Shown one piece after another: positions 19,346-28,637 of a DNA stretch of 64,000 nt. Location: positions 416,001-480,000 of the forward strand of contig OZ241986.1 in assembly GCA_965204375.1 (NCBI GenBank). Reading direction: 5' to 3'. The notes under the pieces are model-generated. The model was not told the DNA's origin. It was given only the letters and a program-made list of their open reading frames with translations, and searched no databases. Source of the stretch: Candidatus Latescibacterota bacterium. Its GTDB lineage: Bacteria > Latescibacterota > UBA2968. How positions within the stretch are numbered: the first letter of the stretch is position 1; the number at the start of each line of letters is the position of its first letter. The position numbers were made by a program, and so were the translations under genes.

Positions 19346-19639
19346 CTATAGATACAAGGGGCGTCCAGTGTAGGGCCATTGGACTGATGACTTTGGCAAA
19401 TTCAGTCGAGTTGTCGTAGTTGTATCCCACACAAAGGGATCAATTATGGGATACTCAGTAGGGGCGTGTGGTAAAATTGTGCGATATAAGTGCTGGTTTT
19501 GGCGTATAGAAAGGCCCGGCTCGTAAATTTCAATGGCCGGGCGATTGCACCACATCACAAGAACAAGGTCTGGATCGATCTCTATTCGCTGACAAATCAA
19601 TTTGAGTATCAGATAAGCACCTGCCATAAATTTGGTCAT
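19346..19639 (-). CDS. Hypothetical protein
   Basis: 97-aa ORF filling the gap in a minus-strand run; AAAGGA upstream. Confidence 0.45.
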   Translation of the reverse strand: MTKFMAGAYLILKLICQRIEIDPDLVLVMWCNRPAIEIYEPGLSIRQNQHLYRTILPHAPTEYPIIDPFVWDTTTTTRLNLPKSSVQWPYTGRPLYL

Positions 19640-19669
19640 AGAGTCCTTTTCTATTTTTTGCTTTGATCA

Positions 19670-20512
19670 CTAACCGCTCTTGCTACCAAACGCGGCGACA
19701 AAGCTGAGAAAATCTTGAAAATCAATGGTCCCATTACTATCCAGATCCATACGGGCATCAAAACCGTCATCAGATGAAGACTTGCCAAATTGCGCGACAA
19801 AGAGGAGAAAGTCTGGAAATTCAACCGCGCCGTTTCCATCAAAATCACCAGGTAGCATACTCGGTGTTGGAGGTGTTGGGGGTGTTGGAGGTGTTCCCGT
19901 ATCTGTCGCTTTCGCAAAAGTAATTACGATCCTGATTGGATCATCTGGTGGAACGTGCTGAGAAAGTGCGCCCATTGCCAGGCCTCTTACAGATTCGGGT
20001 AATGAAGCCAATAATTCTTCTAAAAGTAACGGGCGTATGATCTTCAGCGAATCCGCCGTCGCTGTGTACGTATAATTGAGTGGGTCTTCATTTTCGCGGG
20101 TTATGGTGAGTGCATGGGTATCGGATGCGACTGTATAATTTCCCTCGTATTGGCTTGTATCGAGTACAGAGACCGAGAGAGGAACCAATAGCACTGCAGA
20201 GATATTGGTCGCTGTTCTGTAGTCCGCTTGGACTTTGCCATCGGCACTAAAAGCTATTGTGCCGTTGATCTCGCCTTCAACTGTAAGAGGCGATACAGCC
20301 TGCACGAGTCCGGCCGGGACATAAGCATTCAGCCCGACCTTCTCAGCTACCCAGGAGCCGGCGATCTCGCCACCTTGAGGCGTGGGGGTTTCTGGCAGAA
20401 GTCCCGCATCTGCCTGTCCAAATGCTATGAACGCCGTTATAAGTAGAACGCAGTTTCTCAGTACCTTAAACTGCCATTTTTTGACCGCGACGCCAGAATT
20501 TGACCAGTTCAT
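19670..20512 (-). CDS. Secreted protein with Pro/Thr linker and C-terminal dockerin-like double EF-hand
   Basis: 'GDFDGNGAVEFPDF...DLDSNGTIDFQDF' paired Ca-binding loops after a TPPTPPTPPTP linker. Confidence 0.75.
   Translation of the reverse strand: MNWSNSGVAVKKWQFKVLRNCVLLITAFIAFGQADAGLLPETPTPQGGEIAGSWVAEKVGLNAYVPAGLVQAVSPLTVEGEINGTIAFSADGKVQADYRTATNISAVLLVPLSVSVLDTSQYEGNYTVASDTHALTITRENEDPLNYTYTATADSLKIIRPLLLEELLASLPESVRGLAMGALSQHVPPDDPIRIVITFAKATDTGTPPTPPTPPTPSMLPGDFDGNGAVEFPDFLLFVAQFGKSSSDDGFDARMDLDSNGTIDFQDFLSFVAAFGSKSG
19863..19898. repeat. 9-nt tandem repeat x4 encoding the PPT linker
   Basis: ggtgttgga ggtgttggg ggtgttgga ggtgttccc. Confidence 0.8.
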
Positions 20513-20606
20513 ATTCCCTCCTCCAGTGTTTATTTGTTTCTTTTACAACGCACGATCACTTTTCAATTTACGCAATTCGCGTGTCCTCTGCAATACCTAA
20601 CTCGTG

Positions 20607-20635
20607 TTGTCAAATCTTTCATCGCGTGCTATCTT
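20607..20635 (+). promoter_or_regulatory. Putative sigma70 promoter
   Basis: TTGTCA-17nt-TATCTT with extended -10 TG. Confidence 0.5.
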
Positions 20636-20664
20636 GCAAAACAACACTTGAGAAAGGAGCGCGT

Positions 20665-21609
20665 ATGCAATATCGAGTTCTCGTCGATGTCGATCTTCCC
20701 GATGAAATTCCAGAGATGATGAATAACCGCTGCGAACTACACATTTTGGCGCACGGCGATGTTTCAGATGATAAATTCGCGTCTGCACAAGGGCTGCTCA
20801 CTTATGGACACCCGATTATCGGTGGTGATTTTATGGATCGCATGCCCAATTTGAAAATTATCAGCAATTTTGGTGTTGGCGTAGATCACATTGATCTATC
20901 AGCGGCCAAACAGCGCGGGATTCCAGTGGGCAATACGCCTAATATGCTCGATGGCGCGACAGCCGATATGACTTTTGCAATGCTTATGGCCGCCGCCCGC
21001 AATATCGTTATTGGCGACCGCTTTGCTCGCAGTGCGGCTTTTACGCATTACGATCCACGCATTTTGATCGGTCACGAAATCCACGGTACAACATTGGGTA
21101 TTATTGGTATGGGCAATATCGGCAAGCAGGTCGCGCGACGGTCACGGGGGTTTGACATGAATGTGCTGTATCACAATCGAAAGCCAGATACGAAAGCCGA
21201 GGTCGAGTTGGGCGCGACTTATGTTTCTCTCAACGATTTGCTCGCAGAATCGGATTTTGTCACTTTGAATGTGCCGCTGACTGAAGAAACGCGAAATATG
21301 ATTGGTCGAGATCAGCTCAGGCGAATGAAAAGAACCGCTATACTGGTCAATCTCGCGCGCGGAGGCGTTATTGATCACGATGCACTCGTAGAAGCTCTTG
21401 AGAATAATTGGATCGCAGTTGCCGCGCTCGATGTGACCGAGCCAGAACCCCTTCCACGCGATCATCCCCTCCTGTCCATGGACAATGTGGTTATAGTTCC
21501 CCATCTGGGTAGTGCCACACGCCAGACTCGTATCGCAATGGCCCAGCGTACAGTAGATAATCTTATAGCTGGACTCACAGATCAGCCTTTGATCACTCGT
21601 GTAGTGTAA
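20665..21609 (+). CDS. D-glycerate/2-hydroxyacid dehydrogenase
   Basis: 'GVGVDHID', 'GIIGMGNIG', 'VNLARG', 'LDVTEPEP', 'PHLGSAT'. Confidence 0.92.
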   Translation: MQYRVLVDVDLPDEIPEMMNNRCELHILAHGDVSDDKFASAQGLLTYGHPIIGGDFMDRMPNLKIISNFGVGVDHIDLSAAKQRGIPVGNTPNMLDGATADMTFAMLMAAARNIVIGDRFARSAAFTHYDPRILIGHEIHGTTLGIIGMGNIGKQVARRSRGFDMNVLYHNRKPDTKAEVELGATYVSLNDLLAESDFVTLNVPLTEETRNMIGRDQLRRMKRTAILVNLARGGVIDHDALVEALENNWIAVAALDVTEPEPLPRDHPLLSMDNVVIVPHLGSATRQTRIAMAQRTVDNLIAGLTDQPLITRVV

Positions 21610-21681
21610 AACAGATATATTGGAGAGGGGATGAGGAAGGTGAATCAATCAGGAGAAAGAGGATGTTTGGCGCAGGCTCTT

Positions 21682-22752
21682 TCACGTCTCACCTAATTCA
21701 ATGTGTTGACCTGTAGCATTTGACCTGTATGCCGCTTCAATGATTCTGGCGACTTTTAAGGCATCTTCTCCAGAGGTCGGAGCCGTGCCTTTGCCCGCCG
21801 TAGATCGAATAAAGTCATCCATAAAAGCGATTCCATAAGCACCGCCATAAGCATCGACTTCGGGTAGCGTATAATCAAAGGTGCGCTGAGATGCCGTGTG
21901 CCAGCCTTCTGCAACGCTTTCGAGATACAATTCTGATGGGCCACCCGAAGGCGTCCAGAATACGCGACCCTCATGACCGCGAAATCCCATATACGTATCG
22001 TAATTCGGCCCCATATAACCCGCGCCACTTATTGATAGTTGATAACCGGCCTGCATACTGCCCAGCGCGCCGTTGGAGAACCGGAAGGATAGAGATGCCA
22101 CATCCTCAACATCGATGTCTTCGCCACTGAGCGTATCGACAACCGCAGAAACAGAGACGATGTCCGCGTTCATGACATAGCACAGCAGGTCGATATAATG
22201 GCAGCCCAACCACGATAAGATGCCGCCGCCGGAAATTGACCGATCAAATAGCCAGTGTTTGGGGTTGCGAAATTTTACCTGCGATGTGACCATCCGAGAT
22301 TCACAGGATGTCACGCGACCTATGGCACCCCCCTGGACGACTCTTCGCGCTTCACAAGAGGCGGGGTGATAGCGATTCTGATACATAACGCCCAGTTGTA
22401 CGCCCGCTTTTGCCGCGCCATCCACGACCTGAGAAACAGCGGCAACCGAAGCACCGATGGGTTTTTCGCTGATGATGTGAATGCCCTGCTCGAACAAGCG
22501 CAGACAAAGGTCTGGATTCCGATCGTTGTGAGCGCAAGCCACACCAAAGACTATATTTTCCGAGCCTAAAAGTACGCTGAGATCGGAATAAGTGCCCGCG
22601 ACTTTATCTGTTGAGTTAAAGCTGTTCAGAGCCGAGGGGTCGGCATCGTACAGAATAATCTCATCTACCAGTTTAGAAGCCTGCAGGGTCTTGAAATGAG
22701 CTTCTGAATGGGGATGTGTCAGGCCAAATAGGCCGGCGCGAACAGGTTCCAT
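21682..22752 (-). CDS. Gfo/Idh/MocA oxidoreductase
   Basis: 'HIISEKP', 'GGGILSWLGCHYID'. Confidence 0.88.
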   Translation of the reverse strand: MEPVRAGLFGLTHPHSEAHFKTLQASKLVDEIILYDADPSALNSFNSTDKVAGTYSDLSVLLGSENIVFGVACAHNDRNPDLCLRLFEQGIHIISEKPIGASVAAVSQVVDGAAKAGVQLGVMYQNRYHPASCEARRVVQGGAIGRVTSCESRMVTSQVKFRNPKHWLFDRSISGGGILSWLGCHYIDLLCYVMNADIVSVSAVVDTLSGEDIDVEDVASLSFRFSNGALGSMQAGYQLSISGAGYMGPNYDTYMGFRGHEGRVFWTPSGGPSELYLESVAEGWHTASQRTFDYTLPEVDAYGGAYGIAFMDDFIRSTAGKGTAPTSGEDALKVARIIEAAYRSNATGQHIELGET

Positions 22753-22762
22753 TAGATTATCC

Positions 22763-23575
22763 TCAAGATAAATACGGCAGTACTTCGCGTTTGAGCGCGT
22801 TGAGATATGTCCATTCTTCACCGGGGTCCTGGAAGATCAATGTATAATATCCCGAGAATTTGGCTTTGCGCGTCAAGTCCAAACAGGCCAGGAATTGGTC
22901 CCGCAACATTACACCATCTTCGTAATCCGCTTTGGTGTGAATCGTATCTGCAAACGGCAAGACTTCTGTGAGATCGTCCAACTTGTGTTCTCCCTTGAAG
23001 TTACCGAGATCGGTACACAATCCGATTTTTCCCTCGCATCTGTTTAAAATATCCAATAGAGGGGTTGCGCGCTGGGTCAATCGCTTGAAATTCTCGGTCA
23101 TGACACGTACGCCACAATCGCGGGCATAGTCCGATAATTGCAGGAGATTTTGTGCGCTGAGTGCTATGGATTCCGCGTCTGGCTCTGCTTCGCCAGCTAT
23201 TACGCGCACATTCGCCGCGCCACAGGTGGATGCGATGTCGATCCATCTCTGAATTTCCGCCAGGTCCTTTTCTCTTTGGTCGGAATCGGGATGCGTAATA
23301 TCCCAGGCGTCGATCAAGATGCTGTAAAGCGATACGCCGTGTCTGTCCAGTTCTGCGCGCAGGTCCGCGATAAATGCCTCATCTGTTGTGGGGAAGTGAA
23401 AATGGCAGATTTCCAAATTTCTGATACCATGTGATGCCACTTCGCGAGGGACATTGAGTAGCTGTATGCGCCCCCCATCGCCATTTCGATTCACAAATCC
23501 ATCGGGCGTGCGATCGTACCACGCTTTGCCCAAAGCGCGGTGCAAGCTCCAGGTGGAAATAGATAGTTCTGGCAT
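22763..23575 (-). CDS. Sugar phosphate isomerase/epimerase (TIM barrel)
   Basis: 'VRVIAG', 'TEN', 'DLGN', 'HTK' xylose-isomerase-like motifs. Confidence 0.8.
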   Translation of the reverse strand: MPELSISTWSLHRALGKAWYDRTPDGFVNRNGDGGRIQLLNVPREVASHGIRNLEICHFHFPTTDEAFIADLRAELDRHGVSLYSILIDAWDITHPDSDQREKDLAEIQRWIDIASTCGAANVRVIAGEAEPDAESIALSAQNLLQLSDYARDCGVRVMTENFKRLTQRATPLLDILNRCEGKIGLCTDLGNFKGEHKLDDLTEVLPFADTIHTKADYEDGVMLRDQFLACLDLTRKAKFSGYYTLIFQDPGEEWTYLNALKREVLPYLS

Positions 23576-23590
23576 ATTACAACCTCCAGT

Positions 23591-24649
23591 TTACGTTTTG
23601 CAACTCACTTTTTTAGCCAAATGACAGATCGCCTGGGCGGCTTCGTCAACATCGAATTTGGAAATGCCGATGTGTGGGATCAATCTTATCAGATGTGCGC
23701 CGATGACGCTTACGCGTATGCCGTATTCGGCGAGCAATCGGTCACCAAAATCGCGGCCGGAAATGCCCAATTGGGCTACGTCAAAGCGCACCATATTGGT
23801 TTCTACGCCTTCGACATCAATCCCGATTCCGGGTGCTTGTGCAATGCCTTTCGCCAGGCGTTTTGCATTGGCGTGATCTTCTGCCATTCGTTCGACGTTG
23901 TGTTCTAACGCGTAAATACCGGCAGCGGCAATAATGCCGGCCTGCCGCATGGCGCCTCCGATGCGCTGCTTCCACTGCCAGGCATTTAGAATAAATTCTG
24001 AAGATCCTGCCAGCACAGCCCCCACAGGCGCACCTAAGCCCTTGCTCAGGTCGATCCACAGGGTGTCAAAAGACTCGGCATACGCTTTTGGTGTAATGCC
24101 GGATGCAACGGTTGCATTCAGGAGCCGTGCGCCGTCCATGTGCGTTAAAGCACCTTTTTCGCGCGCCATGTCGCACACTGCGCGTATATGTTCGAGAGGC
24201 CATATACGTCCCCCCGGCATATTTGTGGTTTGTTCGGCACAGACGAGGCGGAAGGGGGGTCTGTATCGCGTTGAAGGCACCATAACTTCTGCCATTTGCT
24301 CGGGTGTAAACATGCCATTTTTCCCATCGATGGGATACAGCGTTGCGCGAGCGAGCACCGCTGCGCCACCGGCTTCTGATATGAGCGGGTGTGCGGTGCG
24401 ATCCACTAAAATGAGATCGCCTGCACGGCAGTGAACCGCATAAGAAATCTGGTTGCACATCGTTCCCGATGGCAAAAAAAGGGCCGCCTCTTTGCCCAGC
24501 ATTTCGGCGACCATATCCTGTAGGGCATTCACCGATGGGTCTTCGCCCTTTTGCTCATCACCCACTTCTGCCCGACACATAAACTCGCGCATCGCTTGTG
24601 TTGGCACGGTGGATGTATCGCTGTAAAGATCAATTTTAACGTCGGTCAT
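23591..24649 (-). CDS. ltaE: Low-specificity L-threonine aldolase family
   Basis: 'DLYSDT', 'PSGTMCN', '[10 protein letters not shown]', '[10 protein letters not shown]', 'GGAMRQAG'. Confidence 0.9.
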   Translation of the reverse strand: MTDVKIDLYSDTSTVPTQAMREFMCRAEVGDEQKGEDPSVNALQDMVAEMLGKEAALFLPSGTMCNQISYAVHCRAGDLILVDRTAHPLISEAGGAAVLARATLYPIDGKNGMFTPEQMAEVMVPSTRYRPPFRLVCAEQTTNMPGGRIWPLEHIRAVCDMAREKGALTHMDGARLLNATVASGITPKAYAESFDTLWIDLSKGLGAPVGAVLAGSSEFILNAWQWKQRIGGAMRQAGIIAAAGIYALEHNVERMAEDHANAKRLAKGIAQAPGIGIDVEGVETNMVRFDVAQLGISGRDFGDRLLAEYGIRVSVIGAHLIRLIPHIGISKFDVDEAAQAICHLAKKVSCKT

Positions 24650-25609
24650 TTATCTCCTTCCTTCGGGGCCAGATTTGAAAAGATTTAGAAACCGATCTTC
24701 GTAAAATGGATATAGGTTCCAACGGTCCAGTTCTGCTTTGAGTTCATTGGCTTTTTTGTGAAACTGGTCATTTTTTTTCACTTCGCGAAACATCTTTTCA
24801 ATGCGTTCCATAACGGACTGCGGCACTTTGTCCTCTTCGATCTTTCCGCCCGGAAATTCGTTTTCTGGCATATCGTCCATGTGGGAAAATGTCTTTTGAA
24901 TCTGCATCTCGATATCTTCCATTGTGCCTTCCATTTTTTCCGCAGCGTCGTCAATTTCCGACATATCGACCGAAAAATTTAACAAATGTGACAAAGTCAG
25001 CACAATCTCTTTTGAAGCTTTGGGATTTGGGATGGGTGCTGCGTATTGCGGCATAGTTCCCAAAAAACAGGCTGCATTGAGATCGCGTTTTTGAGCAAAG
25101 CCCAGCAACAGACCATTAAGCCCTGAGACCATCCCCTCTTTCAAGATCTCTACGCCATGCGATGCCAGTACATCTCGAAATTCAGTGTTGTTCGCCACTC
25201 CTAGCACCTGTGCATCTTCTTTGTGACTGGACTGTGTGAGATAGGCCGCTCCTGTGAGAACGGTATCGATGCCGACCCGTTGTCCCACATCCAGAATTTT
25301 GTCCAATAATTCATCGCCGGGTACTCCGCCTATTTGCGCTTCACTTTGAAAAATGATCAGGTCGTGTTCTTCTGCTGCATAAAATGCATGGGCAGGGGGG
25401 TCGGGAAAGGTCGCGAGCCCATCTTCTACGATCATGGCTTCGGGCGTGAAGTGAGATTGCATGTCTATTTCTGCAAATGCGACGGCATCGAGTTTGCGCC
25501 GGATATAGTCAATCGCACCAATTCCTACACTGCCCATACCGGGCCATCCGGCAAGTAATACGGATGCCTGAAAGGAACGGGGCAATTCTTTCAATACGTT
25601 TAGTTTCAT
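24650..25609 (-). CDS. PAC2 family (proteasome assembly chaperone-like) protein
   Basis: 'AGWPGMGSVG', 'VSGLNGLLLGFA', 'PNPKAS'. Confidence 0.8.
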   Translation of the reverse strand: MKLNVLKELPRSFQASVLLAGWPGMGSVGIGAIDYIRRKLDAVAFAEIDMQSHFTPEAMIVEDGLATFPDPPAHAFYAAEEHDLIIFQSEAQIGGVPGDELLDKILDVGQRVGIDTVLTGAAYLTQSSHKEDAQVLGVANNTEFRDVLASHGVEILKEGMVSGLNGLLLGFAQKRDLNAACFLGTMPQYAAPIPNPKASKEIVLTLSHLLNFSVDMSEIDDAAEKMEGTMEDIEMQIQKTFSHMDDMPENEFPGGKIEEDKVPQSVMERIEKMFREVKKNDQFHKKANELKAELDRWNLYPFYEDRFLNLFKSGPEGRR

Positions 25610-25680
25610 TTTGTGACCTTTCCACAGAGGACAGAGCGTTTTAGAAATAATATCAAATTATAGACCTGAACACAACCATA

Positions 25681-26772
25681 TCAATGATCAGAACACCATT
25701 TTTCGAGCGGATGAGAACGATCGGGGTTTGAAAAAACAACGCGTTGTCCAGAAATTTGGGATGCGTACGCCCCGTGAATCATTTCCAATGCCCAACGCGC
25801 ATCTCGATCACTGGATATGGGTGCGCGATCGCTTTCTATGGCGTCAATCAGATCGATAATGGCGCGATAATTTCCCGTCTCCTGCAAGTGATCATCCGCA
25901 AGTTCGAGCGCATGCCACGTATGACTATCTCTCCAGGGTGACCACAGTCCATCTTCGTAAATGGATATTGCTTCTGCGCCTCCGCTTATGGCTATCCGCC
26001 CAGATTCTCCGACCAGTACCAGTCCATAGCCCTGTCCTTTTCCAGCTTGATTGGCCCGCGAGACAAATGAGCCATCCACGCCATTGCCAAAAGAAAACAG
26101 GCTGACCACGCCGTCGCCCGCAATCGCGCCAATTGGCTCTGTGGCTTCCCGCACATCCTCGGGCGCGATTTCGCGATCTCCAACTGTCACGCGCGCTGTC
26201 ATCCACAGGGGATCGCCACCCAAAAAGCGCATCATGTTGAAGAGATGTGTTCCCAATACCAGCATGTCTTCGCCGCCTCCCCGATGGTCTTGTTTGCCAT
26301 ATGCATGCATGGATAGGAGTTTTCCAATTCGATTTTCTCGTATTAAATCGCGCAATTGATGTACTTGTCTGAGGTAAACAGCCTGATGCGCTACGGCAAC
26401 TTTGCGGTTGTTCTGTTCGGCGGCAGCCACGATGCGGTCTGCGGACGCGAGGTCGCCTGCAAGTGGTTTTTCCGAATAGACATGGCAGCCGGCTTCGATA
26501 CACGCCACGATCATTTCTTCGTGACAATCGACCCATCGTGGGCACACGCTGACAATGTCGAGGTCTTCTTTCGCCAGCATGTCGCGATAGTTCGCATACC
26601 CTCGCTGTGCTCCGGCATCTGCCATTGCCTTTTCTCGTCCAGCTGCGTCTGGATCGGATACGGCGATCATATCCACGCAGTCGATTTTTTGATAGGGCAC
26701 ATGCAGGCCATGTCCAAAATTGCCCTGTCCTGTCCGACCGATAGCACCAGCGCGATAGCGTTTTGCTGCCAT
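25681..26772 (-). CDS. Gfo/Idh/MocA oxidoreductase
   Basis: 'HVYSEKP', 'RGGGEDMLVLGTH'. Confidence 0.88.
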   Translation of the reverse strand: MAAKRYRAGAIGRTGQGNFGHGLHVPYQKIDCVDMIAVSDPDAAGREKAMADAGAQRGYANYRDMLAKEDLDIVSVCPRWVDCHEEMIVACIEAGCHVYSEKPLAGDLASADRIVAAAEQNNRKVAVAHQAVYLRQVHQLRDLIRENRIGKLLSMHAYGKQDHRGGGEDMLVLGTHLFNMMRFLGGDPLWMTARVTVGDREIAPEDVREATEPIGAIAGDGVVSLFSFGNGVDGSFVSRANQAGKGQGYGLVLVGESGRIAISGGAEAISIYEDGLWSPWRDSHTWHALELADDHLQETGNYRAIIDLIDAIESDRAPISSDRDARWALEMIHGAYASQISGQRVVFSNPDRSHPLEKWCSDH

Positions 26773-26784
26773 TGTGACTCCTTA

Positions 26785-27837
26785 TTAAGGTAAAAATACG
26801 ACGCCCAGTGCCGCGTTGGGATTCCGAATGAGTTCTTCACATGCTTCGGGTGCGTCATCCAGTGCAACCCGATGGGTGATGAGAGGGGATACTTTTAAGT
26901 GTCCGGTATCCATGAAGCGCAAGCATTCTTCTAAATTTCGCCTCGTTGTCCATTGCATAAAAACGGGGGGATAATCCGCACCGTGTTCCCACTCCTCATC
27001 GTGATAGCCCGGTCCTGTGCGTGCGGCACTGCGTACATCCAGATTGCCCAGCGCGGATGCAAAGCCGTGTTCAATTCGGGCACCGCCCACAATGACAATG
27101 CGCCCCATCAAGTGTGTGTCAGGTGCTTTTTTGATCATTTTGCTAAGCGTGATAAAAGCCGGCGTGCCATCGCCGCCAAAGGCAATTACACCGCCATCGA
27201 TCCCATAACCGCGCGTAAAAGTACGAGATACTTCTACCGGGTCTTCCTCTGTGATATTGACCCCGCGCAGCAAGCCACATGTCGCGGCTTTTTTTAAACG
27301 CATGGGCAATTGATCCAGGCCCATTACATAACATCCCGAAATGCGTGCCCACTGACAGGTAAATTGTCCCACAAGCCCCAGGCCCGCCACAGCAATGTGT
27401 TCGCTGAGCTGGAATGCGCCGCGCCGCACAGCATTTAAGGCGGTCGCGACCAGATGAATAGACGAGGCGTCTTCATCGCTGACGCCATCGGGAATGGGTA
27501 CTGCCATATTTCGCGGTACACAGGCATGGGTCGCATGTTGGGCATATCCGCCCCCCATACAGGCTACGCGCGTCCCAAGCGGTATGTCTTCACACCCCGC
27601 GCCTTGTGCCACGACCACGCCAGCATTGGAATATCCAAATGGGCGAGGTGCGGCATCCGACGGGTTTTCCCGCCGTCTTTTCACGCCACCCAATTCTGTA
27701 CCGGGGCTGACCATGCTCGCCGTGACTTCTATTTGAACCTGGCCTGGCTTTGGGGCTGCAACGGGTTCTTCGATGACCGAAATTCCACCTTGACCGTCAA
27801 TTGCCGCTACTTTTCGCATTGCCATTAGTGTCCTCAC
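26785..27837 (-). CDS. MDR / zinc-binding alcohol dehydrogenase family
   Basis: 'VSPGTE', 'GYSNAG', 'GLGLVG', 'LITHR'. Confidence 0.85.
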   Translation of the reverse strand: MRTLMAMRKVAAIDGQGGISVIEEPVAAPKPGQVQIEVTASMVSPGTELGGVKRRRENPSDAAPRPFGYSNAGVVVAQGAGCEDIPLGTRVACMGGGYAQHATHACVPRNMAVPIPDGVSDEDASSIHLVATALNAVRRGAFQLSEHIAVAGLGLVGQFTCQWARISGCYVMGLDQLPMRLKKAATCGLLRGVNITEEDPVEVSRTFTRGYGIDGGVIAFGGDGTPAFITLSKMIKKAPDTHLMGRIVIVGGARIEHGFASALGNLDVRSAARTGPGYHDEEWEHGADYPPVFMQWTTRRNLEECLRFMDTGHLKVSPLITHRVALDDAPEACEELIRNPNAALGVVFLP

Positions 27838-28625
27838 ATTGCCACAATTTGTTTCATGCGTTTTGCCATCTCGATTTGCACGTCTCGGTCGCCACCTACT
27901 TCGTGGATGACATATCGGTCATAGCCAATATCCCGTAGTCCTTTCATGACTTCTGCCCAATCCGTATCCCCATCCATCAGCGGTACGAAATTGCGTTGCT
28001 GACGAACAAAGTCCTTAAAATGTACCCGTTTAATCCGATGTTGAAGCCCGCGAATCCAGTGCTCTGGATAGCCGTAAAACATCATATTGGCCGTATCGAG
28101 ATAAATTCCGATCCAATCGTTGTCCACGGCATCGACAAACTCGCGCGCTTCTTTTGGGTTGAGCAAGAACTTATTCCACACATTCTCTATGCCGACTGCG
28201 ACGCCTTTGTCCTCTGCATAAGGCGCGATTTCTTTCATCGAGACCAGAAAATCATCCCAGGCGTCCTGATATGTGCCATCAACCGGAAGTTGGCCCGGAT
28301 GGAGTAAGACCGCGTCGGTTTCGACCAGACGCGCCACGTCAATGGCGCGGCGCAAGCTCTTCATGCCAGCTTCGCGTTCTGCCGGATCTCGGCTGAGAAA
28401 ATTGCCCCGGTTATCATATCTGGCAATCGCACTGCTGATTTCAATGCCCGCATCGTCACACCGCGCTTTGACGCCGCGTACCTCGTCGTCGCTCATATCT
28501 ACATTTGGATCACCATCTGGTGAAAATACCAGTTCGAGTGCTTCGTAACCCGCATCACGGCACAATTGCAATATTTCATCCAGTGTCAGCTTTCCCAGGA
28601 TAATTTGCGTTACTCCTATTTTCAT
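27834..28625 (-). CDS. Sugar phosphate isomerase/epimerase
   Basis: 'GIENVWNKFLL', 'DTAN', 'VHFKD'. Confidence 0.88.
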   Translation of the reverse strand: MKIGVTQIILGKLTLDEILQLCRDAGYEALELVFSPDGDPNVDMSDDEVRGVKARCDDAGIEISSAIARYDNRGNFLSRDPAEREAGMKSLRRAIDVARLVETDAVLLHPGQLPVDGTYQDAWDDFLVSMKEIAPYAEDKGVAVGIENVWNKFLLNPKEAREFVDAVDNDWIGIYLDTANMMFYGYPEHWIRGLQHRIKRVHFKDFVRQQRNFVPLMDGDTDWAEVMKGLRDIGYDRYVIHEVGGDRDVQIEMAKRMKQIVAM

Positions 28626-28637
28626 CGCGTGTCTCCA

